From positions 416,001 through 480,000 of the forward strand of contig CAVYSY010000032.1 in the NCBI GenBank assembly GCA_963771175.1: a DNA stretch of 64,000 bases. The letters run 5' to 3'. This document shows positions 34,644 to 44,492 of this stretch, one piece after another; the first letter of the stretch is position 1, and every line of letters starts with the position of its first letter. The translations under genes were made by a program, and so were the position numbers. The notes beneath the pieces were generated by a model. That model saw nothing but the letters and a program-made list of their open reading frames with translations, did not search any database and was not told the origin of the DNA. Source of the stretch: an uncultured delta proteobacterium. GTDB lineage: Bacteria > Myxococcota > Myxococcia > Myxococcales > Myxococcaceae.

Positions 34644-34707
34644 TGCACCTGGGCCACCAGGGTCCAGTGGGTCCGGTTCGAGCGGACGAAAGAGCAACCC
34701 GTCATGG

Positions 34708-35685
34708 CTACCGGCCGCCGCCGGCCATGCGCTGCATCTGCGCCGTGTACTCGGCCAGGGTGCCCAGGCCCACCGCGGCGCGGCGTGCGTCCACGTTGGC
34801 CTCGTCCTCGATGGGGCGCGGCACCAGCTTACCGTCCACCATGTGGAACTGGCTGCCGTAGCGCTGCGGCTTGCCCTCGGCCACCAGCACGCGGTCCGTC
34901 AGATACGCGAGGTCCTTCGCCGAGCCCTCGCCGGCCGCCACCGCCTTCTCCAGCAGCGGCAGGCACTCCTTCTGGAAGGCCGGGTCGAGGTCCGCGTGCT
35001 GCACCAGGAGCCACGCGGCCTTCGAGGCCTTCTCGCCCACCAGTGTCTTCGTGGGCCAGCCCTCCTGGGCGAGGATCTGCTTCATGCGCGCGGTGTTGCG
35101 CATGTCGATGGCCTTCATGCGCTCGCTGGCCGCCGGGTCCTTGAAGTTCGCCGCGGCCGACGCGCGCCGGGCGGTCTGGTCCTCCTCCATCATGCGCAGC
35201 AGCTCGTCGCGCAACTCCGGCTTCCGCGCCACGTTCAGCTTCGCCTCGTTGGCGGCCACCCGCTCGAGGATGCGCGCGAAGGCGGGGTCCTCACGCACCG
35301 AGACGAGGTCCGGATCCGCCTTCATGTGGCTGGCCTCGGCGAGGCCGGCCTCCGCGGTGCGCTCGAGCCAGGTGAGGGCCTCGGCCTTCTGGCCTTCGAG
35401 GGCCGCGGCGCAGGCGGCGTCGTAGAGGATGCCCTGGTCTCGGACGCCCTGCTCCCACGCCTGGCGGAAGAGCGGGAGCGCCTCGGCCGTCTTCCCGCTC
35501 ATGGCGAGCCCATCGGCCTGGCGCGCCAGAGCGAGGGCCTCGGCCGAGGGAGCCGGAGCCGAGGCCGGGGCGGAAGCGGCGGGAGCAGAGGCCACGGGGG
35601 CGGCCTCGGGAGCCTCGGAAGAAGCGGTGTGGACGCAGCCCGCGAGCAGGCTCAGGGCGGCGAGCCGGACGATGAGGCGATTCAT
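34708..35685 (-). CDS. lipoprotein with TPR-like region and DUF6624-type domain
   Basis: Lipobox LAGC, YDAACAAALEG, and GWP...AAWLLVQHAD...AYLTDR...PQRYGSQ...VDARRAAVGL. Confidence 0.8.
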   Translation of the reverse strand: MNRLIVRLAALSLLAGCVHTASSEAPEAAPVASAPAASAPASAPAPSAEALALARQADGLAMSGKTAEALPLFRQAWEQGVRDQGILYDAACAAALEGQKAEALTWLERTAEAGLAEASHMKADPDLVSVREDPAFARILERVAANEAKLNVARKPELRDELLRMMEEDQTARRASAAANFKDPAASERMKAIDMRNTARMKQILAQEGWPTKTLVGEKASKAAWLLVQHADLDPAFQKECLPLLEKAVAAGEGSAKDLAYLTDRVLVAEGKPQRYGSQFHMVDGKLVPRPIEDEANVDARRAAVGLGTLAEYTAQMQRMAGGGR

Positions 35686-35899
35686 TCAGGTATCTCCAGG
35701 AGTGGACCCGGGACCGACGGAATGCCGGCCCGAGCCTGCGATAGTAACGAAGGGCCTGACGGGCAATCTGCCGCTTGCAAGCCCGCCATGTCCCTGTCAC
35801 GAAGGTCCCGGGCTGTCGGGGTTTTCCCACCGGATCCCGGCCATGGTTTGAGCCCAAATCAGTTCAACGGACAGCCCTTGTCCGATAGAGTCGGGAGCC

Positions 35900-36727
35900 A
35901 TGAATTTCATGAGCCGGAACCTGTGGATTGTTGGAGGTCTGAGCCTGGCGTTGGGAGCGTGTGGACCGAAGCGCGTGGCGCCGGTGCAGCAGTACAGCCT
36001 GGGCATGTCGCGCGCGGAGTACCGCGACTACAACGCCGCCCAGGCCAACATCTGTGACGCGGAGCCGCGGTGGCTCTCGGAGGAACTGGGCGCGGTGAAC
36101 GGCCTGCTCAACCGCTTCCTGATCTCCACGGAGCAGGCGAAGAATCCGGACGCGGCGGAGCACGACCAGCAGGTGGCGCTCTTGAAGGAGGCATCGGGCT
36201 CGCTGGGCAAGGTGCTGGACGTACACCAGCGCAACCTCCAGGCGGTGCAGCGGTGCGGCTTCGCGAAGTCCGGGGGCATCCAGGAGCTGACGAAGCGCGG
36301 CACCTCGCTGGTGGAGCAGTCGCGGGCGCGGCTGGCCGAGGCCACCCAGGTGCTGGCCATGGAGGAGGCACAGAACAAGTGGAAGACCGAGGCGCCCCAG
36401 CGGGAGCAGACGGCGCGTCAGACGTGGTGCGCGAAGAACCCCGAGGTGGGCACCACCGACGTGTACTACGCGCGCAAGTTCGCCGATGGTCGCACCGAGT
36501 GGTTCTTCTGTGATGGCCACATCGTCCAGTCCGCCAGCGGCGCCGAGCCGACCCTCGTGTCGCCCGAGGGCCTGAGCGCGAAGGAGCGCCGCAAGGTGAA
36601 GCCGCCGCGCTACCTCGAGGCCGCGCGCGGCTACCCGGCGGAGGAGTTCGACAAGCAGCCGACCGCTGGTGGCGACCCGGCTCCCGCTCCCGCTGCCGCC
36701 CAGAGCTCGGACGCGAGCGGGGGCTGA
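35900..36727 (+). CDS. hypothetical lipoprotein
   Basis: Lipobox LGAC, biased codons, RBS GGGAG. Confidence 0.75.
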   Translation: MNFMSRNLWIVGGLSLALGACGPKRVAPVQQYSLGMSRAEYRDYNAAQANICDAEPRWLSEELGAVNGLLNRFLISTEQAKNPDAAEHDQQVALLKEASGSLGKVLDVHQRNLQAVQRCGFAKSGGIQELTKRGTSLVEQSRARLAEATQVLAMEEAQNKWKTEAPQREQTARQTWCAKNPEVGTTDVYYARKFADGRTEWFFCDGHIVQSASGAEPTLVSPEGLSAKERRKVKPPRYLEAARGYPAEEFDKQPTAGGDPAPAPAAAQSSDASGG

Positions 36728-36736
36728 GCGAGCGCG

Positions 36737-36880
36737 CTACGGCGCGTACGTCACCACCAGGTGGTTGGCGGTGAGCACCATCCGGCGCGGCACGGCGTTG
36801 CCGCCCTGGATGGTGAGGTCGAAGCCGAAGGGCGCGCGCAGCACGCGCACGGGCAACCAGCACCAGCGGGACCTGATCAT
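36737..36880 (-). CDS. 47-aa small ORF or 3' gene remnant
   Basis: ATG...TAG read by hand: MIRSRWCWLPVRVLRAPFGFDLTIQGGNAVPRRMVLTANHLVVTYAP, with all third positions G/C. Confidence 0.35.
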   Translation of the reverse strand: MIRSRWCWLPVRVLRAPFGFDLTIQGGNAVPRRMVLTANHLVVTYAP

Positions 36881-36901
36881 GGCCCCGCTCGGTAGTACCC
36901 C

Positions 36902-37777
36902 TCACGCCCCCAGACGGGACAGGCGCTCGGAGAGGTGCGCGTCGCCTCCGGCATCGAGCCCGCGCAGCCAGGCCGGCAGCGAGCTGCCCGATGACAGCAG
37001 GTGCCCCTCGACGTGCGGGCGCAGCTCGCTCCAGCGCTTCTCCCACCCCTCCCCGGAGCCACCTCGCCCCTCGGGCCGCTCCGCCAGCAGCGCGCCCATG
37101 CGCAGCGCCAGCTCGGGCTCGCCCAGGGCCTCGGACTGGAGGGCCAGCGCGCGGGTGGCGGCCTGGGCCGGCGCTCCGGCGGGAGCCCGCTTCCACTGCT
37201 CCAGCGTCCGGAGGAAGACCGCGGCATCCAGCTCGGCCAGCAGCCCCATGGCCGCCCACAGCGGCAGCCGGGGCTGGTCCCGGGGCGCCACCACCTTCGC
37301 CATCAACGCGGTGAACACCGGGCCCAGGGCGGCGTGGCTGGCCGGGTCGAGCCCGCCGAGGGCCCGGAGCGCGCGCCGGGCCTGGCGGGCCTGGAGCGCC
37401 ACCTTCCAGCTCCGCCCGCCCACGAGGGAGTCCAGCGCGGAGAGCGCCTCGGCGGCCGCGGTCACCTGCGCCGCGGACGGCTTGCCCGCGCGCACCCGGG
37501 GAGCCAGCGTGAGCTTCGGCGAGGCCGCGGCCGCGCCCTTCGTCCCCTTGGGGGCCGCCGCTGGCGCCTCCGAGGACACCTCCTGGTAGCCCTCGCGCAC
37601 CTTCTCGGCCACCTTGCGCTCGTACTCGCGCCGCGCGCCCTCCGGGTCGGGGAAGTCCTTCTCCTTGCGCTGGCCCTCGGTGCCCAGCCGCCCGTACACC
37701 ACGATGAAGGTGGAGCCTTGGACGTCGGCCATCCAGAACTTCGCGCTGGTGCCCTCGACGAACTCGAACCTGCGCAT
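36902..37777 (-). CDS. WGR domain-containing protein
   Basis: MRRFEFVEGTSAKFW...YGRLGTEGQ...EKVREGY N-terminal WGR domain; RBS GGAGG. Confidence 0.85.
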   Translation of the reverse strand: MRRFEFVEGTSAKFWMADVQGSTFIVVYGRLGTEGQRKEKDFPDPEGARREYERKVAEKVREGYQEVSSEAPAAAPKGTKGAAAASPKLTLAPRVRAGKPSAAQVTAAAEALSALDSLVGGRSWKVALQARQARRALRALGGLDPASHAALGPVFTALMAKVVAPRDQPRLPLWAAMGLLAELDAAVFLRTLEQWKRAPAGAPAQAATRALALQSEALGEPELALRMGALLAERPEGRGGSGEGWEKRWSELRPHVEGHLLSSGSSLPAWLRGLDAGGDAHLSERLSRLGA

Positions 37778-37869
37778 GACGCTGTCCCCTCCCGTTTGCC
37801 GGGTGTGCGGTGCCCTCCGGACGCTACTACGGGCGCCACCGCCTCTCCCACTCCGGTAGCATCGCCCAC

Positions 37870-38346
37870 ATGATTCGTTCCGCGACCCCCTCGGACATCC
37901 CCACCATCGCCCGGCTCATCCGAGCCCTGGCCGAGTACGAGAAGCTCTCCCATGAGGTCGTCCTGCGCGAGGAGGACCTGCACCAGCACCTCTTCGGCGA
38001 CAAGCCCTATGCCGAGGTCGCCCTCGCCGAGGACGGCGGGCAGGTGGTGGGCATGGCCCTCTTCTTCCACAACTACTCCACCTTCCTGGCGAAGCCGGGC
38101 CTCTACCTGGAGGACCTCTTCGTCCTGCCCGAGCACCGGAGCAAGGGGCACGGCAAGGCGCTGCTGTCGCACCTGGCGAAGCTCGCCGTCGAGCGAGGCT
38201 GTGGGCGCTTCGAGTGGGCCGTGCTCGACTGGAACACGCCGGCCATCGAGTTCTACAAGTCGTTTGGCGCCGTGCCGCAGCACGACTGGACCGTCTTCCG
38301 CGTCACCGGCGACGCGCTGCGGCGGCTGGCGACGCGAGCCACTTGA
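37870..38346 (+). CDS. GNAT N-acetyltransferase (spermidine/diamine acetyltransferase-like)
   Basis: LAEYEK, NYSTF...GLYLEDLFV, RSKGHG and VLDWNTPAIEFY. Confidence 0.92.
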   Translation: MIRSATPSDIPTIARLIRALAEYEKLSHEVVLREEDLHQHLFGDKPYAEVALAEDGGQVVGMALFFHNYSTFLAKPGLYLEDLFVLPEHRSKGHGKALLSHLAKLAVERGCGRFEWAVLDWNTPAIEFYKSFGAVPQHDWTVFRVTGDALRRLATRAT

Positions 38347-38463
38347 GCCCGGTCCCTGGCCGGGCGACCTGCCGCGGAGCATCGCCGCGCGTCAACCCAT
38401 GAATCAGTGCAACGATGCGTTTTCGCTGCCCCGAGGGCGTGACATCCTCGGGGGAGAGGTCGC

Positions 38464-41400
38464 ATGAAGTCCTTCGATGACAAGGAGCGCCGCACGCTCG
38501 TCGACGAGCGCCGTACGCCCGTGACGGACGATCGCCGCACGCTCGTCAAGGACGATCGCCGCACGCTCGCCCTTGGCCCGGGGGACGCTTCAGGTACCCA
38601 GAACCGGCCCCAACCTCCGGAGGCACCAGCGCTCGGCCGTGGCACGCCCCTGGACCGCTACGTGGTGCTGGATCCACTGGGCGAGGGCGGCATGGGGATG
38701 GTGTACGCCGCGTACGACTCGGTGCTGGACCGGAAGGTGGCGCTCAAGCTGCTGCCCCAGGAGACCGCCGACGGCAGCTCCGAGCCGACCTCGGGACGGG
38801 CCCGGCTGCTGCGCGAAGCGCAGGCCATGGCCAAGCTCTCCCACCCCAACGTGGTGGGCGTCTACGACGTGTACCAGCACGGGGCCCTCGTCTTCATGGC
38901 CATGGAGCTGGTGGAGGGCCAGACGCTGCTGCAGTGGCTGCAGGAGAAGCCGCGCGGCAAGAGGGAGATCCTCGCGGCCTTCCTGTCCGCGGGCCGGGGA
39001 CTGGCCGCCGCTCATGCCGCCGGGCTCGTGCACCGCGACTTCAAGCCCACCAACGTGCTGGTGGGCAAGGACGGCCGTGTCCGGGTAACGGACTTCGGTC
39101 TGGCGCGCACCCATGACGCACCTCCGGAGCCCCTGGCCGAGGATGCCGCGCCGTCCCCGAGCACCAGCCCGGTCAAGCCGCACAGCCTGCTGGAGCTGGA
39201 GCTGACGCAGAAGGGCGCGGTGCTGGGCACGCCGGCCTACATGGCGCCCGAGCAGTTCCGCGGCGCCACCGCGGACGCCCGGAGCGACCAGTTCTCCTTC
39301 GCCGTGTCGCTGTGGGAGGCCCTCTACGGCGAGCGCCCCTTCGAGGGCCGCTCCTCCAGCGAGCGCAAGGAGAAGGTGCTGGCGGGCCACACCAATCCCC
39401 CGCCGTCCCACTCCCGGGTCCCGCCGTGGATCCACCGCGCCCTGCTGCGGGCCCTCAGCACCGCGCCGGAGGCACGCTACCCCTCGCTGGACGCGCTGCT
39501 GGCCACCCTGGAGAGGGATCCGGCCCAGGTGCGCCGCCGCAGGCTGGCCGTCGCGGCTTTGCTGCTCCTCGTCACCGGCTCGGGCGTGATGGCCGGGATC
39601 ATCTGGCACCAGCGCAAGACGAGCCTGTGCACCGGCGTCCAGGAGAAGCTGGTGGGCATCTGGGACGCGCGGCGCCAGTCCGCCATCGAGAGGGCCTTCC
39701 TCGAGACCCGGCAGAGCTATGCCGGGGATACCTGGACGCGCGTGCGCGACGCCCTGAACACGTACACCGCGGTGTGGACGGGCATGCACCAGGACACCTG
39801 CGAGGCCACGCGAATCCGCGGTGAGCAGTCCGAGACCGTCATGTCCCTGCGCATGGCGTGCCTGGAGAGCCGCCGACAGGAGCTGGCCGCGCTCACCGAG
39901 GTCTTCACCGAGGCGGATGCCACCGTGGTGGAGAAGGCCATCTCCGCCGCCAGCTCCCTGCATCCCCTGCGGGGCTGCGCGGATGTGGAGGCCCTGCTGG
40001 CCGAGGTGAAGCCGCCCGAGGACGCCGCCACGCGACAGGCCGTGGAGGCCGCGCGCGCCCAGCTCGCCCGCGTCAAGGCCCACACCGACGCCGGTAAATA
40101 CAAGGAGGCGCTGGAGCTGGCGACGGCGGTGGCGCAGAAGACGGCCACGCTCGGCTACGGTCCCATCCACGCCGAGGCCCTCTTCATGCGGGCCTGGACG
40201 CAGATCATCTCCGGGGAGAGCCAGGGCGTCACCCCGCTGCTCACCGAGGCGCTGTGGCTCGCGCACGCCTCGCGGCACGACACCATCGTCGCCGAGGCTA
40301 CCGTGCGGCTGATGGGCTACTACAGCTACCGCGGGCCCAAGGAGGAGGAGGACCGCTGGGAGCACTTCGCGCGGGCCTCGCTCGACCGACTCCGGGAGAA
40401 TGGCGAGCTGCGGGCCATCTACCACAACAACCGGGGCCTCTCGTTCTACCAGCAGGGCAACTTCGCCGAGGCCTACGAGTCCTTCGACAAGGCCTTCGCC
40501 CTGGCGGAGCAGCACCTGGGCCCCGCCAACGCGACGACGCTGCGCTACGCCTCCAACTCCCAGGCCGCGTTGGGCAACATGGACCGTGTCGAGGACTCGC
40601 TGAGGGCCCTCGAGGCGCTCGTCCGCATGGGGGAGACGAACCTCGGTCCCACCCACCCGTTCCTCACCCAACCCCTGTCGAACCTGTCCAACGTGTATCT
40701 CATGCAGGGGCGGCTCGCCGACGCGCGCCGCGTGCTCGACCAGATGCGGGAGATCGGCCAGCAGGCCTACCAGCCCGGCTCGGAGGAGTGGGCGTACTTC
40801 CACCTCGCCTATGGCGACCTCGAGAGCGAGGAGGGCCGGGACGCCGAGTCCCTCCAGAACTACGAGGAGTCCGCGCGCCTGTTCCAGGAGCGCACGGGCG
40901 AGGAGAGCACGGACACGCTGCAGGCACTCGTGCGGGTGGCCGAGGCCCAGATGTCACTGGAGCGGCTGACCCAATCGCAGCAGACCTTCCAGCGGGTGCT
41001 GGAGCTGGCGAAGAAGGACCCGCAGCAGCGCGAGCACGTCTACACCCAGGCGCTGCTCGGGCTGGCGACGCTCCACTCGGTGCGCGGCCAGTACGACAAG
41101 GCGCTCCGGTTGCGCCAGCAGGCGCTGGAGCTGCGCGAGAAGTACCTGGGCTCCGAGCACTACAACACGTCCCTCGTCCGCCAGGACATCGCCAGCACCT
41201 ACCTCGAGCTGGGACAGCCCGCCCGCGCGCTCGTGCTCCTCGAGCAGGTGCTGGCCCGCTTCCAGAAGACGGACCTGGAGACTCCCGCCGGGGCCCTGCT
41301 GCTGGCCGGCAAGGGCAACGCGCTGTGGAAGCTGGGCAGGGCCTCCGAGGCCATCCCGCTCCTGGAGCACGCGCTCCAGCTCGTCGAGCACCGGCCGGGA

Positions 41401-41628
41401 CGCGCCGAGTACGTGGCCATCGTCCAGTCCATCCTGGCCCACACCCTCATGGACGCCGGGCAGCCGGAGCGCGCCCTGCGGCTCGCCACGGCGGCGCGCA
41501 CCACGTACTCCCGCGCCCCCGTCCTCCATGCCATCGAACTGGCCCGGCTCGACGCCCTGCTGAAGCACCGGGCCCCGGAAACGACCTCGGCCCCACCGGG
41601 CCCGTCGGCGCAGCCGCCCCCTCCGTGA
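38464..41628 (+). CDS. membrane-anchored Ser/Thr protein kinase with C-terminal TPR repeats
   Basis: GEGGMG, VALK, HRDFKPTN, DFG, GTPAYMAPE, a TM segment and TPR repeats. Confidence 0.95.
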   Translation: MKSFDDKERRTLVDERRTPVTDDRRTLVKDDRRTLALGPGDASGTQNRPQPPEAPALGRGTPLDRYVVLDPLGEGGMGMVYAAYDSVLDRKVALKLLPQETADGSSEPTSGRARLLREAQAMAKLSHPNVVGVYDVYQHGALVFMAMELVEGQTLLQWLQEKPRGKREILAAFLSAGRGLAAAHAAGLVHRDFKPTNVLVGKDGRVRVTDFGLARTHDAPPEPLAEDAAPSPSTSPVKPHSLLELELTQKGAVLGTPAYMAPEQFRGATADARSDQFSFAVSLWEALYGERPFEGRSSSERKEKVLAGHTNPPPSHSRVPPWIHRALLRALSTAPEARYPSLDALLATLERDPAQVRRRRLAVAALLLLVTGSGVMAGIIWHQRKTSLCTGVQEKLVGIWDARRQSAIERAFLETRQSYAGDTWTRVRDALNTYTAVWTGMHQDTCEATRIRGEQSETVMSLRMACLESRRQELAALTEVFTEADATVVEKAISAASSLHPLRGCADVEALLAEVKPPEDAATRQAVEAARAQLARVKAHTDAGKYKEALELATAVAQKTATLGYGPIHAEALFMRAWTQIISGESQGVTPLLTEALWLAHASRHDTIVAEATVRLMGYYSYRGPKEEEDRWEHFARASLDRLRENGELRAIYHNNRGLSFYQQGNFAEAYESFDKAFALAEQHLGPANATTLRYASNSQAALGNMDRVEDSLRALEALVRMGETNLGPTHPFLTQPLSNLSNVYLMQGRLADARRVLDQMREIGQQAYQPGSEEWAYFHLAYGDLESEEGRDAESLQNYEESARLFQERTGEESTDTLQALVRVAEAQMSLERLTQSQQTFQRVLELAKKDPQQREHVYTQALLGLATLHSVRGQYDKALRLRQQALELREKYLGSEHYNTSLVRQDIASTYLELGQPARALVLLEQVLARFQKTDLETPAGALLLAGKGNALWKLGRASEAIPLLEHALQLVEHRPGRAEYVAIVQSILAHTLMDAGQPERALRLATAARTTYSRAPVLHAIELARLDALLKHRAPETTSAPPGPSAQPPPP
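38485..38571 (+). repeat. four tandem 21-24 nt coding repeats (D)[ED]RRT[LP][VA]
   Basis: GA[GT]CGCCG[CT]ACGC[TC]CG repeated four times at the kinase N-terminus. Confidence 0.8.
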
Positions 41629-41670
41629 GGACCGCTGCCCGCCCGAGAGAGGGCGGGCGAGCGGGGCGAC

Positions 41671-42099
41671 TCAGGCGGTAGCGGGCTCGGTGCGCGGCAT
41701 CGTCACCAGCGCGAGCTGCTTCATGATGCGCTCGATGTGCAGGGAGCAGGCGGCGAAGTGCTTCCAGTCCCTCGTGAGCCACGGCTCGAGCGCATCCCGC
41801 AGCTCGGCGAGCGCACCGGACTCCTTGCCCGTCCACAGCGCATCCACTTCCTTCTGGGCCTTGTCGCTGATCTTCCTGCCCGGCTCGGGCGCCTTGGGCA
41901 TGTGCGCCGCGCCGATCTTCTCGATGCGCTCGGCGAACGCCTTGAGCGCGTCCGGCGTCACGCCCTCGGCCCGGAGGCGATAGGCCATGCCCAGCGAGAA
42001 GTACCCGTTGATGCCCTCGCGCATCGAGCCCTCGGGGCTCAACGGCCCCTCCTTCAGATAGTCCCGCGGATGAATGGCGGAGAATTCATTCGGCTGCAT
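41671..42099 (-). CDS. hypothetical protein (142 aa)
   Basis: GAGGAG RBS, coding-like codon usage, last gene of a three-gene cassette. Confidence 0.7.
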   Translation of the reverse strand: MQPNEFSAIHPRDYLKEGPLSPEGSMREGINGYFSLGMAYRLRAEGVTPDALKAFAERIEKIGAAHMPKAPEPGRKISDKAQKEVDALWTGKESGALAELRDALEPWLTRDWKHFAACSLHIERIMKQLALVTMPRTEPATA

Positions 42100-42109
42100 G
42101 GATGACTCC

Positions 42110-42586
42110 TCACAGACGCGCCAGGGCGTCCGTCACGCGTTTCTTGAGTCGTGGCTTCTCGACGCTCTCCCAGATCGGTCCCGACCAGGTGAGCGCGTCG
42201 ATGGGTTTCGTGAGCGCCTCGAGTTGTTGCTTCTTCTGGTCCATCGGCAGGCCCGAGCGGCTGATGCGCTCGGCCTCGGTTCCCACCAGCGCGTTGAGCA
42301 GGTCGTACGCGCACACCAGGTAGATGTCCTCCTCCATCAACGGGCCCGTCGGCGGCGACATGCGACCGCTCTCGATGATCTTCTCGTGCTCCCGAGTGAC
42401 CTGGGCGAACCGCTCCGCGTAGGGAGCCGGCCCCGAGGCCAGGGAGACCAGACGCGAGAAGCCCTCGCGATAGACGGGACCGAGCTTCTTGAGGTCCTTG
42501 TGGCAGCGCTCGGCTTCAGGCTGGTAGGGCAGTTTGAACATGTTCGTGTCGGTAGGTGGCGGGCGGGTGCAACCGCCGAGAGCCAT
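42110..42586 (-). CDS. hypothetical probable lipoprotein (start uncertain)
   Basis: VVLTGLLMALGGC lipobox-like stretch abuts and overlaps the upstream stop; ORF 42110-42703 frame. Confidence 0.6.
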   Translation of the reverse strand: MALGGCTRPPPTDTNMFKLPYQPEAERCHKDLKKLGPVYREGFSRLVSLASGPAPYAERFAQVTREHEKIIESGRMSPPTGPLMEEDIYLVCAYDLLNALVGTEAERISRSGLPMDQKKQQLEALTKPIDALTWSGPIWESVEKPRLKKRVTDALARL

Positions 42587-42603
42587 CAACAGGCCCGTGA
42601 GGA

Positions 42604-44004
42604 CTACTCGTAGGTGACCCAAAGACGTCCCTGACCGGCCGAGAAGTTCGTGTTCCCGTCCACGATGTCCTTGTGGTTCACCCACTGGGTATTGCCGTTC
42701 CACGGGTCGGTGAGGAGGTACTGGCGGTCATCCCCCCTGCCGCGCACGTCGGTCAGCATCTGCACGTGCGAGCCACCACCGGTCCACGCCACCACGATGG
42801 GGACGTCCTGACCATTTCGCAGGAGCTGGTCGGCACGGTCCATCGCGGCGGTGCGGGCCTCCGGCGTGTCGGGCAGGGTGTTCTTGGTATAGGTCTTGTT
42901 GGTGTACGTCCCCACCTTGTCGTTGAGCGTGTTGCCCGTCTCGGGCCACATGCCGATGCCACCGGCCTCGTTGGGGTCGCGCGTCTTGGCGGCACCGCCG
43001 TTGCCATCGAGGATGGCCCGCTGCTCGTCCGCGAGCATCCCCGTGGAGCCGAGGGTGTGGATGGGGTCCTTGTGCCCCGCGAGCGCGTAGACGGGGTCGG
43101 CGTCCGCCCGGGCGATCTGCATCGAGGTGGGGCCGCACGACATGGTGAAGCGCTGCTGCAGGGCCCCGGCACCGCCGTCCAGGTCGATGAAGGTGGCCTT
43201 GCGGACCAGCTCATCGCGCGGCATGCCCTTGATCTGCGCGGAGTAGTTGAGCACCTCCTGCATCGTCGAGGAGGGCTGGCCCACGAGGCCGCGAGCCTTG
43301 TCCCAGAAACCCGGGCTGGCCAGCTCGTCCTTGCGCGCCGCGACCGCCTTGAGGACGAGGGCGCGCTCGGTCTGCACGTCCGCGCCGCTCGCCTCGCACA
43401 CCTTGTCGCGCGCGCTGCCGTAGTCGAGCGTCTTCTTGAGCTGCTCGTAGTCGGACGCCGGCATGGTGATCATCGCCTGGGCCGCGTCGAGCGCCTGCTG
43501 CTTGCCGAGCACGCCCTCGGTGCCCGCGGTGCTGCCAGTCCGCGCCCGCGCCACACCATCCGTCAACGTGTGGACGACGTCGTTGGTGATGCGATCCGGA
43601 CGGGTGTCCTGCAGCGTCTTGAGCTGGAGGTAGGTCGAGAGCGCGCGGTCCGGGTTCTTCGAGGAGAGCACCGTCTGGAGATACGTCGTCTCCTGCTGCC
43701 GCGTGGCGGGGTCCATCTTCGCCAGGCGCTCGTTCATCTGCACGAGGTCCCCGGCGGGGATGGTGTCCTTGGGAAGCTTGTCGAGCGTCTTCTGCAGCTC
43801 CGGTGGAGTGGTCGCCCCGCCTCCGCCGGGAGCCGGAGAGCCCTTGACGAACTCGGACCGGGCCATCTGGTTGGCGGTGTTCTGCACCGCCGTGTTCTGG
43901 GTCGCCGTGTTCTGCACCGCCGGTTTCTGGACGGTGTTCTCGACAGGCGTCTCCGTGCGCTGCGTGGGCATCGACGTCTTGGGTGCGACGCGATCAATGG
44001 ACAT
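42604..44004 (-). CDS. protein with low-complexity N-terminus and C-terminal papain-like (C39-type) cysteine peptidase domain
   Basis: QQRFTMSCGPT (Q/C), GGGSHVQML (H) and YLLTDPW (D); RBS AGGGGG before ATG 44004. Confidence 0.7.
   Translation of the reverse strand: MSIDRVAPKTSMPTQRTETPVENTVQKPAVQNTATQNTAVQNTANQMARSEFVKGSPAPGGGGATTPPELQKTLDKLPKDTIPAGDLVQMNERLAKMDPATRQQETTYLQTVLSSKNPDRALSTYLQLKTLQDTRPDRITNDVVHTLTDGVARARTGSTAGTEGVLGKQQALDAAQAMITMPASDYEQLKKTLDYGSARDKVCEASGADVQTERALVLKAVAARKDELASPGFWDKARGLVGQPSSTMQEVLNYSAQIKGMPRDELVRKATFIDLDGGAGALQQRFTMSCGPTSMQIARADADPVYALAGHKDPIHTLGSTGMLADEQRAILDGNGGAAKTRDPNEAGGIGMWPETGNTLNDKVGTYTNKTYTKNTLPDTPEARTAAMDRADQLLRNGQDVPIVVAWTGGGSHVQMLTDVRGRGDDRQYLLTDPWNGNTQWVNHKDIVDGNTNFSAGQGRLWVTYE
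43873..43944 (-). repeat. 15-nt coding repeats (xQNTA)
   Basis: VENTVQKPAVQNTATQNTAVQNTA. Confidence 0.7.
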
Positions 44005-44040
44005 GCGCAAATCCCCCTTTGCTCAAGCCCGGTGACGCTA

Positions 44041-44406
44041 TCACAAGTGGTCGGATGCGAGCGCGCGGCGGATCACCGGGGTGAGCTCTGTCGCCCCGAG
44101 CGCGTCCAACGCAAGCTCCCAGCGGCCCTCGGCACAGAGACCGCTCATGCCCGCGTCCTCATAGGCCTGCCGAGCCGCTGACGACAGCGCCTCGCGCACC
44201 GCCTCGGCGACCGCGCGACCGGCTTCGTCGCAGCGTTTGCACTCGAGCTCGACACCGAGCCGGCTGCGCCGTCCCTCCTCGGTGAGGATCCACGGACGCT
44301 CCATCCACGGCGGCTGATGGCGCATGTGCTGCCGGTGGCCGCACGCGAGGTCGGCGACCCAGTGGTTCTCACTGTCGAGATGGAATCCCGTGATGGGCTG
44401 CTTCAT
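44041..44406 (-). CDS. DUF3565 domain protein with C-terminal extension
   Basis: ITGFHLDSENHWVADLACGHRQHMRHQPPWMERPW...LECKRC; C-tail SGLCAEGRWE. Confidence 0.85.
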   Translation of the reverse strand: MKQPITGFHLDSENHWVADLACGHRQHMRHQPPWMERPWILTEEGRRSRLGVELECKRCDEAGRAVAEAVREALSSAARQAYEDAGMSGLCAEGRWELALDALGATELTPVIRRALASDHL

Positions 44407-44492
44407 CAGCGCCGGCTCCTCTGGAGAGTACCCAGGCGACGGGGCGCCTCCGTCTTGTGCACTCCAGAACACATGCCCAACTTTCCAGGGTC

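Noticed and set aside
35761..35778. sigma54-like GG-N10-GC upstream of the 35900 lipoprotein
   Set aside because: Flanks do not match TGGCAC/TTGC at the right spacing.
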